A stretch of DNA of 39,733 nucleotides from assembly GCA_035473115.1 (NCBI GenBank), contig DATION010000007.1:1-39733 (forward strand). The letters run 5' to 3'. The notes beneath the pieces are model-generated. The model worked only from the letters and a program-made list of their open reading frames with translations. It made no database searches and was not told the origin of the DNA. This document shows, piece by piece, positions 17,159-25,994 of the stretch (position 1 is its first letter; each line of letters starts with the position of its first letter). The stretch comes from Candidatus Udaeobacter sp. Lineage in GTDB: Bacteria; Patescibacteriota; Patescibacteriia; Magasanikbacterales; GWA2-37-8. A program made the translations under genes and the position numbers.

Positions 17159-17707
17159 ATGAAAAACATTATTAAATTGTTGTCAGTGGCTGGGATTTTT
17201 TCGTTGGCATTATTTTGTAGCTTTTCTTCGGCTGAAGCTGCCAGTCTAAAAAAGTATGATGATACCTTTATTAGCTTTAGCTACCCAGCGGCTTGGGATC
17301 TGCAGACAAAAAATATTGACCATTATTTTTTATCTGAACCAATATATTATCTTTTTTATATCCCTTCAAAACCACCGTACACCGAACATGCAAGTTTTAT
17401 GATTGAAGGTCAACTTACCTTGAAAAAAATTGAAGAATTAAAAAATAAATACCCAAGCAATGGGTATAAACAGACTGGCGTGCAGAAAACTACCACTAAG
17501 TTATCAGGCCTAAAGGCCTACAAGGTAATTTCTAACTATAAAGATAATTTAAAAACACCTCATCGAATGATTTCACTTTGGACAGTTAGCGCTAACGATA
17601 AAGAGTTTGTGCAGGAGGTTTGGGTGGAGTATGATGCGACAACTAAGTTTTATAATCAACATGTTCAAGATGCTTTAAAAGTAATTAATTCTATAAAGTT
17701 TAAATAA
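17159..17707 (+). CDS. Secreted protein, PsbP-like fold possible
   Basis: Signal peptide ending AEA; SFSYPAAW motif. Confidence 0.65.
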   Translation: MKNIIKLLSVAGIFSLALFCSFSSAEAASLKKYDDTFISFSYPAAWDLQTKNIDHYFLSEPIYYLFYIPSKPPYTEHASFMIEGQLTLKKIEELKNKYPSNGYKQTGVQKTTTKLSGLKAYKVISNYKDNLKTPHRMISLWTVSANDKEFVQEVWVEYDATTKFYNQHVQDALKVINSIKFK

Positions 17708-17714
17708 AATATTT

Positions 17715-18287
17715 ATGTTAGACAAAAAATATTTTGCGCAAGTTCGCCAAGAATTGCTTGGTTATTCCGCTAAACGCCAGAGTATGATTAAAGAATCAAG
17801 CGAAGCCCAGTTTTTATCAAAGAAAGCTATTTTTGCGATGCAGCGAGACGATATGTCTGAAGGGAAAAATTATTTAGTTCAAGCCGAAAAGATCTTGGTT
17901 GAATTAAATTCTAAACATAAAAAAGATCCGGGAATTTTTGAAGAAGGCTCCTACAAAGCCGGACTAGAAGAATTTGTCGAGGCTTCTATTTTTAATCAGT
18001 ATTTGCAAGATAAAACTATCGGTAAATTGGCCAAAATAAAAGTAGATTCAGATATTTTTATCAGTGGACTATGTGATGTTCCGGGAGAACTGTTGCGCTA
18101 CGCCATTAAATCAGCCACGGAAAAAAAGTTTGCGGAAGTAAAAAAATGTCGTCAGGCCGCTGATGAAATTATTAGTGAATTAGTAGATATGAATTTAACT
18201 GGTTATAATCGTCAGAAATTTGATCAGGCCAAGCAGGCTTTGCATAAATTAGAACAGGTTTTATACGAAGTAAGCATCAGGCAGTAA
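17715..18287 (+). CDS. Translin/TRAX (C3PO) family protein
   Basis: GLEEFVEA and GLCDVPGELLRYA motifs; all-helical pattern. Confidence 0.8.
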   Translation: MLDKKYFAQVRQELLGYSAKRQSMIKESSEAQFLSKKAIFAMQRDDMSEGKNYLVQAEKILVELNSKHKKDPGIFEEGSYKAGLEEFVEASIFNQYLQDKTIGKLAKIKVDSDIFISGLCDVPGELLRYAIKSATEKKFAEVKKCRQAADEIISELVDMNLTGYNRQKFDQAKQALHKLEQVLYEVSIRQ

Positions 18288-18288
18288 T

Positions 18289-19584
18289 ATGCCAGTTTTT
18301 AAAAAAATAATTCATTTTTTATTAGCTTGGTCTGCCTACTGGTGGTATGGCCGTCCGTCTCGCAAGCTAATTGTTGTGGGAGTAACGGGCACTAAAGGCA
18401 AGTCAACTTCTTGTCGACTAATCGCTTCTGTTTTGGAAGCTGGGGGCAATAAAGTTGGGCTTTTAACTACTGTGGAGTTTCAAATTGGCGACAAGCGCTG
18501 GCTCAATGATAAAAAGATGACCATGCTTGGTCGCGGCCAAATTCAAAGCATGCTCAGGCAAATGGTTAAAGCCGGCTGTAAATATGCGGTGGTAGAAACT
18601 TCTTCGGAAGGAATTTTGCAGTACCGTCATTACGGATTAAATTATGATATTTCCGTCTTCACCAATTTGGGAACAGAGCATAGCGAAAGGCATGGCGGGT
18701 TTGCCAATTTAAAAAGAGATAAAGGAAAAATTTTTTCCCAATTAATGAGCAGGAAAAATAAAATAATGGCTGGCCAGAAAGTTTCTAAAATTATTGTCGC
18801 TAATTTTGATGATCAGCATGCGGATTATTTTTGGCAATTCAAAGCTGATGAAAAATATGGCTTTGGAATTAAGAATAGTGCTCAGACTAGCAATTTTGTT
18901 TTGGGAAAAAATATTATGGCTAATGAAAACGGCAGTGAATTTGAAGTTGGCGCTAATAAATATAAATTAAATATTTTAGGAGAATTTAATGTTTATAACG
19001 CTTTGGCAGCTATTGCGGTTGGCCAATCGCAAAATATTTCTGCAGATAAAATCGCTGCCGGGTTGGCCAGTGTAAAATTAGTTGAAGGCCGAATGGAACT
19101 GGTAAATCCAGGCGAAGACTTTAAAGTGATTGTTGATTATGCTCACGAACCAATGAGTTTGACCGAACTGTTTAAAAGTTTGCGTCGGCTTGTTGGCGCA
19201 GATCATAAAATAATTTCCGTAATCGGCTCAGACGGCGGCGGTCGCGATAAAGGCAAAAGAGAATTAATGGGAGAGTTGGCTGGCAAATTGACTGACTTTG
19301 TAGTTGTTACGGATGTAAATTGTTATGATGAAGACCCAAAACAGATTGCCGAAATGTTGGCCGTTGGCGCCAGAAAAGCCGATAAAAAAGATAACACAGA
19401 TCTGTTTGTGGTGGTTGATAGGCGAGAAGCGATAGCTAAAGCTATTTCTTTGGCCAAAGCCGGAGATGTGGTAGTAATTACCGCCAAAGGTACAGAGCCA
19501 TTTATTGGTATAGCTGGCGGCCAAAAAATTCCTTGGGATGATAGAAAAGTAGCCAGAGAAATTTTAGCCGGTTTGTCTAAATAA
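18289..19584 (+). CDS. murE: MurE-type Mur ligase
   Basis: VTGTKGKST P-loop, VETSSEG, FTNL..EH, FNVYN, GRME, VDYAHEP, GGGRDKGKR. Confidence 0.9.
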   Translation: MPVFKKIIHFLLAWSAYWWYGRPSRKLIVVGVTGTKGKSTSCRLIASVLEAGGNKVGLLTTVEFQIGDKRWLNDKKMTMLGRGQIQSMLRQMVKAGCKYAVVETSSEGILQYRHYGLNYDISVFTNLGTEHSERHGGFANLKRDKGKIFSQLMSRKNKIMAGQKVSKIIVANFDDQHADYFWQFKADEKYGFGIKNSAQTSNFVLGKNIMANENGSEFEVGANKYKLNILGEFNVYNALAAIAVGQSQNISADKIAAGLASVKLVEGRMELVNPGEDFKVIVDYAHEPMSLTELFKSLRRLVGADHKIISVIGSDGGGRDKGKRELMGELAGKLTDFVVVTDVNCYDEDPKQIAEMLAVGARKADKKDNTDLFVVVDRREAIAKAISLAKAGDVVVITAKGTEPFIGIAGGQKIPWDDRKVAREILAGLSK

Positions 19585-19589
19585 TATTT

Positions 19590-20210
19590 ATGAACCTCGC
19601 TAAAAAAATTAATCTAAAAGAAAACGAGGCTGTAGCCGAGATTATCAAACCAGCGGCAATTACTTATGTTTGGAAGTATTTATTTGGACTAGTATTTTTA
19701 TTTGCCGCTTCGTTTTTTATGTTCCGCCTCTTTGATTATGGTTGGTGGGGAGATGCCATTTACGGGCTGGGAATATTTCTGGGATTATATATAATTTTAC
19801 GCGCTTGGTTTATGCGCAATGCCAACCTTTTTGTTATTACCAGCGATAGAATTGTGGATATACACCGAGCGGGCTGGTTGGAAGAAATTATTTCTGCTGT
19901 CAGTTATTTGGATATAAAAGATATAGCCATCAGAAAAAAAGGCATTGGCCAAAGTTTATTTAATTTTGGCAGTTTAACTATTGCCACAAAAGATGAACGT
20001 TTAATTTTGGAAATTATAAATATTAGCCATCCGGCCAAAATTCAGCTGCTGCTTGCCGAAGCCGGTCAGCAGTATAAACAAAATCTTAATTTAACAAATT
20101 CACGGGCGATTTATAATAATTTTATTAAAATAATTCCCAATTTAACGGATGTTGATCTAAAAGAAACGCGGCGATTAATTGATGAGCAGCTTGGAACTAA
20201 TATGGTATAA
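19590..20210 (+). CDS. Membrane protein with a bPH domain
   Basis: Two TM segments then ITSDRIVDI...IKDI...FNFGSLTI. Confidence 0.75.
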   Translation: MNLAKKINLKENEAVAEIIKPAAITYVWKYLFGLVFLFAASFFMFRLFDYGWWGDAIYGLGIFLGLYIILRAWFMRNANLFVITSDRIVDIHRAGWLEEIISAVSYLDIKDIAIRKKGIGQSLFNFGSLTIATKDERLILEIINISHPAKIQLLLAEAGQQYKQNLNLTNSRAIYNNFIKIIPNLTDVDLKETRRLIDEQLGTNMV

Positions 20211-20234
20211 TATTTACAACATTATTTTTATAAT

Positions 20235-20663
20235 TCCCCGCTTGGGCGGGGTAGGGGTGGGTTGGCATATTTTTATGGAAAAATTATTATTCCCATTGTA
20301 TAGCCAAAAATTGATTGACCGAGCAAGATGGTTAAGAAAAAATTCCACCTCTTCAGAAGTTTTGCTTTGGGAAAAAATAAAAGGACGGCAAATTTATAAT
20401 TATAAATTTAGACGACAAACACCAATTCTCAAGTATATTGTTGATTTTTACTGTAAAGAACTTAGTTTAGCGATTGAAATAGATGGGTTAAGTCATGATT
20501 ATAAAATGAAATATGATTTTATCAGACAAAAAGATTTAGAAAATGCTGGAGTTAGTTTGTTGCGGTTTAATGATTTGGAAGTTAAGCAGGATATTCAAAA
20601 TGTTTTACAAAGAATAAGTGATTGGATTGAAGCCAACCCACCCCTACCCCGCCCAAGCGGGGA
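20235..20663. mobile_element. DUF559 gene bounded by perfect 32-bp inverted repeats (putative miniature mobile element)
   Basis: 20235-20266 tccccgcttgggcggggtaggggtgggttggc is the exact reverse complement of 20632-20663. Confidence 0.65.
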
Positions 20664-20667
20664 GTGA
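20275..20667 (+). CDS. DUF559 (Vsr-like) endonuclease-domain protein
   Basis: ARWLRKNST.SE..LW, KFRRQ, YIVDFYC, IEIDG.SH, RQKDLE, LRF.D motifs. Confidence 0.9.
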   Translation: MEKLLFPLYSQKLIDRARWLRKNSTSSEVLLWEKIKGRQIYNYKFRRQTPILKYIVDFYCKELSLAIEIDGLSHDYKMKYDFIRQKDLENAGVSLLRFNDLEVKQDIQNVLQRISDWIEANPPLPRPSGE

Positions 20668-20686
20668 TTTGATATTTTAAAAAGCT

Positions 20687-21079
20687 ATGCCTTCGGTAAA
20701 AGAAAACGGCTGGAAGTTATTTTTAGGATCTCGGCTTTTTATTTTGGTAGCTGCCATTATTGCGATAATGGTAATGTTCGCTTATGGAAGAGCGTATTAT
20801 CAGGACTATTTAGTACGGCAGGAAATTTCTCAATTACAGGATCAGGCCAAAAAATTAGAAGCTAAAAAGATGGAATTGTTGGAAGTTCTCAAATATGTAA
20901 AATCCGATAGTTTTACCGAAGAAAAAGCCCGTACCGAATTAAATATGGCCAAACCGGGGGAGCAGATTCTAGTAGTGCCGAAGTCCGATATATCAAGCAA
21001 TAGACAAGAAGCTGGCAGCATGGTAACATTGGAAGGTATTCCAAATTATAAAAAATGGTTACAATATTTTGTTAACTAA
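20687..21079 (+). CDS. FtsB/DivIC-like septum formation initiator
   Basis: TM, coiled coil, EEKARTELNMAKPGE. Confidence 0.8.
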   Translation: MPSVKENGWKLFLGSRLFILVAAIIAIMVMFAYGRAYYQDYLVRQEISQLQDQAKKLEAKKMELLEVLKYVKSDSFTEEKARTELNMAKPGEQILVVPKSDISSNRQEAGSMVTLEGIPNYKKWLQYFVN

Positions 21080-21102
21080 ATAATATTTAAGATAATTCAA
21101 CT

Positions 21103-22170
21103 ATGGACGAGCAAAATTTGGTCGGCGAAAATAACGTAAAAACAGAACAGAAAAACAATTCTTCAATGCGAAATTTTATTTTGCTTGGCGCGGCCGTTTT
21201 GGTAGCGGGAGCTGTTTTTGGACTTGGAGTTTATAAAGTTTATAGCAAAGCTTCTACTGATAGATTTTCTTTAGCTGTAGCTAAAGTTTTTGGTTTGCCA
21301 GCCGTAAAAATTGGCGATAAAAAAATCCCTTACAGCGCCTATGCCGAAGATTTACAGGCTATTCACACTATGCGCGCTTATGATAAATCACAGAGAGATT
21401 CCGGTGTTGGTCCAGAGCGCAGCCCTGGAGCTGATCTTACCGAAGACCAGATGAATGATCAGGTTTTATGGCGTTTGGTAAACAATTTATTGGTAAATGA
21501 AGCGGCGCAAAAATATGGCGTAACTGTTGAAGATAAAGATGTGCAAAATTTAAAAGCTCAGATGCTGCAGCAATTTAAAGATGAAGCGGCGGCAAATCAG
21601 GAATTAACCAAGCGTTATGGCTGGGATATGAGTATTTATGAACAAAAAGTAATGCGTCCATTTATTTTGCAGACAAAGTTAGCTCAAAAAATGAAAGAAG
21701 ATCCGCAAGTTAAAAAAGATTTACAGACTCAAGCGGAAAAAACTTTGGAAGAAGTAAAAAACGGCGCTGATTTTGCCGCTTTAGCCAGAAAATATAATGC
21801 TGACAGCACCGCTCAGACTGGCGGCGACCTAGGTTGGTTTAGCAAAGGAGAGATGGTGCCTGAATTTGAAAAAGCGGCTTTTTCTCTTAAGAAAGGGGAG
21901 GTCTATCCTACTTTAGTGCAGACTACTTACGGTTATCACATTATTAAATTAGACGACAAGCGCGTAGAGAAAATTAAAAATGCTAAAGGACAAATGGTTG
22001 ATACTGCGCAAGTTCGCGCCAGCCAAATCTTATTTAAATTTCCAGACTTATTATCTTTCTTAGACTCTTCAATTAAGAATGGCAATATCAAACTATATCT
22101 CAAAGTTCATAATCCGTTTGCCGAACTTAACGCTCAAGCTGGCAAAACATCTTCTGGTTCACAACAATAA
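21103..22170 (+). CDS. PrsA/SurA-like parvulin peptidyl-prolyl isomerase
   Basis: FAALARKYNAD, GGDLGWF, MVPEFEKAAF, YGYHIIK. Confidence 0.92.
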   Translation: MDEQNLVGENNVKTEQKNNSSMRNFILLGAAVLVAGAVFGLGVYKVYSKASTDRFSLAVAKVFGLPAVKIGDKKIPYSAYAEDLQAIHTMRAYDKSQRDSGVGPERSPGADLTEDQMNDQVLWRLVNNLLVNEAAQKYGVTVEDKDVQNLKAQMLQQFKDEAAANQELTKRYGWDMSIYEQKVMRPFILQTKLAQKMKEDPQVKKDLQTQAEKTLEEVKNGADFAALARKYNADSTAQTGGDLGWFSKGEMVPEFEKAAFSLKKGEVYPTLVQTTYGYHIIKLDDKRVEKIKNAKGQMVDTAQVRASQILFKFPDLLSFLDSSIKNGNIKLYLKVHNPFAELNAQAGKTSSGSQQ

Positions 22171-22283
22171 ATTATTTCTTTTTATAGAGTCGCGTCTTAA
22201 ATGGCGTTAGGGGACATGACTTCGTTAAACCAAAAAATCCAAAGAGGTTCTCTGATGCCAAATTGGAGAACTTTTTTGCATAG

Positions 22284-22354
22284 GCGGGCGTAGTATAGTG
22301 GTAATATGTGACCTTCCCAAGGTTAAGCTGTGGGTTCGATTCCCATCGCCCGCT
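22284..22354 (+). tRNA. tRNA-Gly(CCC)
   Basis: Acceptor gcgggcg/cgcccgc, anticodon loop ttCCCaa, TTCGATT loop; CCA not encoded. Confidence 0.95.
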
Positions 22355-22376
22355 CAATTGTCTAGAGCATATCCGC

Positions 22377-22447
22377 GCCCCCTTAGTTCAGTGGCAGAAC
22401 AGCGGTATCGTAAACCGCCAACGTCAGTCCGATTCTGACAGGGGGCT
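22377..22447 (+). tRNA. tRNA-Thr(CGT), atypical
   Basis: Acceptor gccccct/agggggc; gcggt-atCGTaa-accgc; T-loop TCCGATT. Confidence 0.88.
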
Positions 22448-22493
22448 CAAAAGTATTTATTACTTTATTAAATCATAAGTTAATTTAAAAAGT

Positions 22494-22964
22494 ATGTTAG
22501 CAGAAAAAACATTAGCGCCGGATTTTATCTTGCCGGATCAAAACTCAGTTGATCATAAGCTTTCCGATTATCGCGGCCAGTGGGTAATTTTATATTTTTA
22601 TCCAAAAGATGATACACCGGGATGTACGACCGAGGCTTGCGCGTTTCAGGATAATTTAGCCGGTTTTGCCACCGCTATGAAGCGGGGTCCCGCTGTGGCG
22701 GGAAAAAGCTCAGAAGTAAAAATTTTAGGCATCAGCGCTGATCCGGTAAGCAGTCATCGTAAATTTGCCGATAAGTACAAGTTAAACTTCACTTTGTTAT
22801 CAGATGGTAAAAAAGAAGTTATCAAGAAATACGAAGCAGAAGGAATATTTACCAAGCGCATCTCTTATCTTATTGACCCAGAAGGGCAGATTTATAAAGC
22901 CTACGCCCAAGTTAAACCAGATACTCACGCCGAGCAAGTTTTAGCTGATTTGCCGAAATTATAA
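22494..22964 (+). CDS. bcp: Peroxiredoxin Bcp/PrxQ
   Basis: YFYPKDDTPGCTTEAC. Confidence 0.93.
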   Translation: MLAEKTLAPDFILPDQNSVDHKLSDYRGQWVILYFYPKDDTPGCTTEACAFQDNLAGFATAMKRGPAVAGKSSEVKILGISADPVSSHRKFADKYKLNFTLLSDGKKEVIKKYEAEGIFTKRISYLIDPEGQIYKAYAQVKPDTHAEQVLADLPKL

Positions 22965-23109
22965 ATTTTTAACAGAACAATAATAAATGAGCCGAAATTT
23001 TAAAATGGTATCTTGGGATTTGATTTTGGTTTTTCAAAAGTTATGGTATACTTTTATTAAAGGCCAGTTATGTTATGAGTGTTTAGCCAATTATTTTCAA
23101 TAACTTATT

Positions 23110-23487
23110 ATGAAAAATTTTAAATTAACCTTGATCATTTTAGGAATTTTAGTAATCAGTTTAGGCAGTGCCAGTCTTGTGTTTTATAAGCGAGCCAAAG
23201 ATTTGGCGTCTGATCCGCAGAAAGTAAGTCAGGAACAGAATAAGAAAACAATTGCCGCCGTAGGTAAGTTAGTTATTCTCCCAGAAGGTGAGCTGCCGAT
23301 TATTGCCACTGTTACCGATCCGGATAAAGTAAAAACACAGCAGGCTTTTTTTGCTAAAGCATCTCAAGGAGATAAGATTCTAATTTATACCCAAGCGCGC
23401 AAAGCCATCATGTATCGGCCAAGTGAAAATAAAATTGTTGAGATAGCTCCTTTAGTTATTGGGAGCCCGAACACCGCGGCAAATTAA
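23110..23487 (+). CDS. Hypothetical membrane-anchored protein
   Basis: N-terminal TM; soluble domain PIIATVTD...GDKILIY. Confidence 0.8.
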   Translation: MKNFKLTLIILGILVISLGSASLVFYKRAKDLASDPQKVSQEQNKKTIAAVGKLVILPEGELPIIATVTDPDKVKTQQAFFAKASQGDKILIYTQARKAIMYRPSENKIVEIAPLVIGSPNTAAN

Positions 23488-23577
23488 CAGCAGTTTTTGA
23501 TAAAATTATTATAATACTAATTTATTTTAAAAATACCGTGCTTTAAAATATATTGTGCGGACTAACTTATAAATTAT

Positions 23578-23739
23578 ATGGACGACGATAATAAACAGCA
23601 GGATGATTTAGATGAAGAAGTGCACGATTTAATGGATGAGTATGATCTGGACGAAAGAGAGGCTAAGAAAGTTGAGAAATTAGAGGACGAAGGTTATGAT
23701 GAGGAAGACGCAGTGTCTCAAGTGATAGACGAGTTGTAA
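23578..23739 (+). CDS. 53-aa highly acidic protein (missing from the ORF track)
   Basis: MDDDNKQQDDLDEEVHDLMDEYDLDEREAKKVEKLEDEGYDEEDAVSQVIDEL; fills the gap and ends 11 nt before the next ATG. Confidence 0.7.
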   Translation: MDDDNKQQDDLDEEVHDLMDEYDLDEREAKKVEKLEDEGYDEEDAVSQVIDEL

Positions 23740-23750
23740 TAAATTAAAAT

Positions 23751-24617
23751 ATGCCAGATAAATATACGGCCACTTGGGTTTCTCATACCTCCATGAGTGA
23801 TTTTTTGCGTTGTCCGCGCGCTTATTATTTAAAAAATATCTATAAAGATCCAAAAACCAATCATAAAATAAAATTAATTAGTCCGGCTTTGGCTTTGGGT
23901 CAAGCTGTCCATGAAGTTTTGGAATCTTTATCTGTGCTGCCAAAACAGTCGCGGTTTTCCGAGTCGTTGATTGCTAAACTGGAAAAAGCTTGGACAAAAG
24001 TTTCCGGGAAAAATGGCGGTTTCACCAGTCCAGAGTCAGAATATAAATACAAAACACGCGGCCAAGACATGTTGCGACGAGTAATGAATAATCCTGGTCC
24101 GCTTTCCGGATTAGCCGTAAAAATCCAGATGGACTTGCCGCAGTTTTGGCTGTCCGAAGAAGATGGTATTATTTTATGCGGAAAGATTGATTGGCTGGAA
24201 TATCTGCCAGACACTGACAGTGTTCATATTATAGATTTCAAAACCGGAAAAGCCGAAGAGGATCCGGAATCTTTACAGCTGCCAATTTATCATTTACTGG
24301 TCAGTAACTGTCAGAAATACAAAGCCAGTAAAGCCAGCTATTGGTATTTAGATAGCAATGACAACTTAACACCCAAAGAATTGCCGGATTTAGAAGCTGC
24401 TCATAAAGCTGTTTTGGCTATTGCCAGGCAAGTAAAATTAGCCCGTCAATTACAAAGATTCAAGTGTCCGGCTGGCGAAGAAGGCTGCGGCGCTTGTCGC
24501 CCAATGGAAGCTATTTTTAACAGGCAAGCGGAATTTGTCGGAGTTGATGAGTATAAATATGATGTCTATATGCTTAATTATAATAAAGAAGAAAATAGGG
24601 AAGGGATTCTTTTGTAG
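23751..24617 (+). CDS. PD-(D/E)XK nuclease, AddB/RecB/Cas4-like, with a probable Fe-S staple
   Basis: SHTS...RCP, GQAVH, GKID, IIDFKTG, QL..Y; C-terminal CxxxxxxCxxC. Confidence 0.85.
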   Translation: MPDKYTATWVSHTSMSDFLRCPRAYYLKNIYKDPKTNHKIKLISPALALGQAVHEVLESLSVLPKQSRFSESLIAKLEKAWTKVSGKNGGFTSPESEYKYKTRGQDMLRRVMNNPGPLSGLAVKIQMDLPQFWLSEEDGIILCGKIDWLEYLPDTDSVHIIDFKTGKAEEDPESLQLPIYHLLVSNCQKYKASKASYWYLDSNDNLTPKELPDLEAAHKAVLAIARQVKLARQLQRFKCPAGEEGCGACRPMEAIFNRQAEFVGVDEYKYDVYMLNYNKEENREGILL

Positions 24618-24628
24618 ATCTGGTTTTT

Positions 24629-25174
24629 GTGAATAATATTTCTTATACTCTCAAGCATAGTTCGCGCGCCAGACGTCTGCGTATCACAGTTCGCTGTGAT
24701 GCCAGTGTGGTAGTTACGGCGCCTTATTTTTTTTCGCAAAGCAAGGTAGAAAAATTTTTGGCCGACAAAGCTGGTTGGGTTTTAAAAAAAATATCTTTTT
24801 TTAAAAAACTTAATCCGATAGTTTTACCAAAATTAAATCGAGTTGGAGCGCAGGAATATCGAAGTTTAAAAATGCAAGCCAAAATTTTGGTAAGAGAAAA
24901 AATTGCTAAGCTAAATCAGATTTATAACTTTCCTTTTAATCGCGTTTCTATAAAAAATATCAGGAGCCGATGGGGGAGCTGTTCCAAAAAAGGCAATTTA
25001 AACTTTAATTATAAAATTATCCATTTGCCTGTAGAGCTGGCTGAGTATATCGTTGCCCATGAAATTTGTCATCTAAAGGAGTTAAATCATTCTTCTAGGT
25101 TTTGGGCATTAGTGGCCAGGGCTGTGCCGGATTATAAAGCTCGGCGCCAAAAATTAAAATCTATATTTGTCTAA
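24629..25174 (+). CDS. YgjP/DUF45-like zinc metallohydrolase (M48/SprT-like)
   Basis: SSRARRLRI, RWGSCS, YIVAHEICH, NHS..FW. Confidence 0.88.
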   Translation: MNNISYTLKHSSRARRLRITVRCDASVVVTAPYFFSQSKVEKFLADKAGWVLKKISFFKKLNPIVLPKLNRVGAQEYRSLKMQAKILVREKIAKLNQIYNFPFNRVSIKNIRSRWGSCSKKGNLNFNYKIIHLPVELAEYIVAHEICHLKELNHSSRFWALVARAVPDYKARRQKLKSIFV

Positions 25175-25311
25175 GTACCGGTTGACATTTATAGTTTACT
25201 CGCTGGTATAAATTGTGTTATAATAATTAAGCAATTAAGAACTTTTTTAATTGGGTTGAAGCGAAGGAAGGGGTCGCTGATGAATTTTTGAATGAATTGC
25301 AAAGTAATTTT

Positions 25312-25992
25312 ATGATAAAAATAACCGGTGTTACCAAAATTTACCCAACCGGCACGCCGGCTTTGCGCAATTTGAACCTGAACATAGATGCGGGAGATTT
25401 TGTGTCTATTGTCGGTCAGAGCGGCACGGGCAAAACCACTTTAGTCAAAATGCTAATTGCCGAAGAGCGTCCTAACAAAGGCACTATTGAAATCGGCGGC
25501 TGGGATATTAGTAAAATAGATACTAGTGACGTGCCATATTTACGCAGACAGATCGGCGTTGTGTTTCAAGATTTTAAATTACTGCCAAAAAGAACAGTTT
25601 ACGAAAACGTTGCTTTTGCTCTAGAAGTTGCCGGAGAATTAAAGCATCGTATTCATCAGGTGGTGCCGCAGGTTTTGGAGATTGTAAATTTAGCTCACAA
25701 AGCCGACAGTTATCCGTATCAATTATCCGGCGGCGAACAGCAGCGCACAGCTATTGCCAGATCTCTGGTGCATCGTCCAAAGATTATTGTCGCCGATGAA
25801 CCGACCGGTAATTTGGACTCAATTAACGCCGCAGAAATTATTTCCATTTTAAAAAAAATAAATGAATTTGGCACTACCATCATTCTGGTAACTCATAATC
25901 GCGAAATTGTTAATCACTTACGCCGGCGCGTGATTACTCTCCACGGCGGAGAAATAATCAGCGATGAGCATGAAGGTAAATACAAACTTTAA
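25312..25992 (+). CDS. ftsE: Cell division ABC ATPase FtsE
   Basis: [34 protein letters not shown]; adjacent to ftsX. Confidence 0.93.
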   Translation: MIKITGVTKIYPTGTPALRNLNLNIDAGDFVSIVGQSGTGKTTLVKMLIAEERPNKGTIEIGGWDISKIDTSDVPYLRRQIGVVFQDFKLLPKRTVYENVAFALEVAGELKHRIHQVVPQVLEIVNLAHKADSYPYQLSGGEQQRTAIARSLVHRPKIIVADEPTGNLDSINAAEIISILKKINEFGTTIILVTHNREIVNHLRRRVITLHGGEIISDEHEGKYKL

Positions 25993-25994
25993 AT

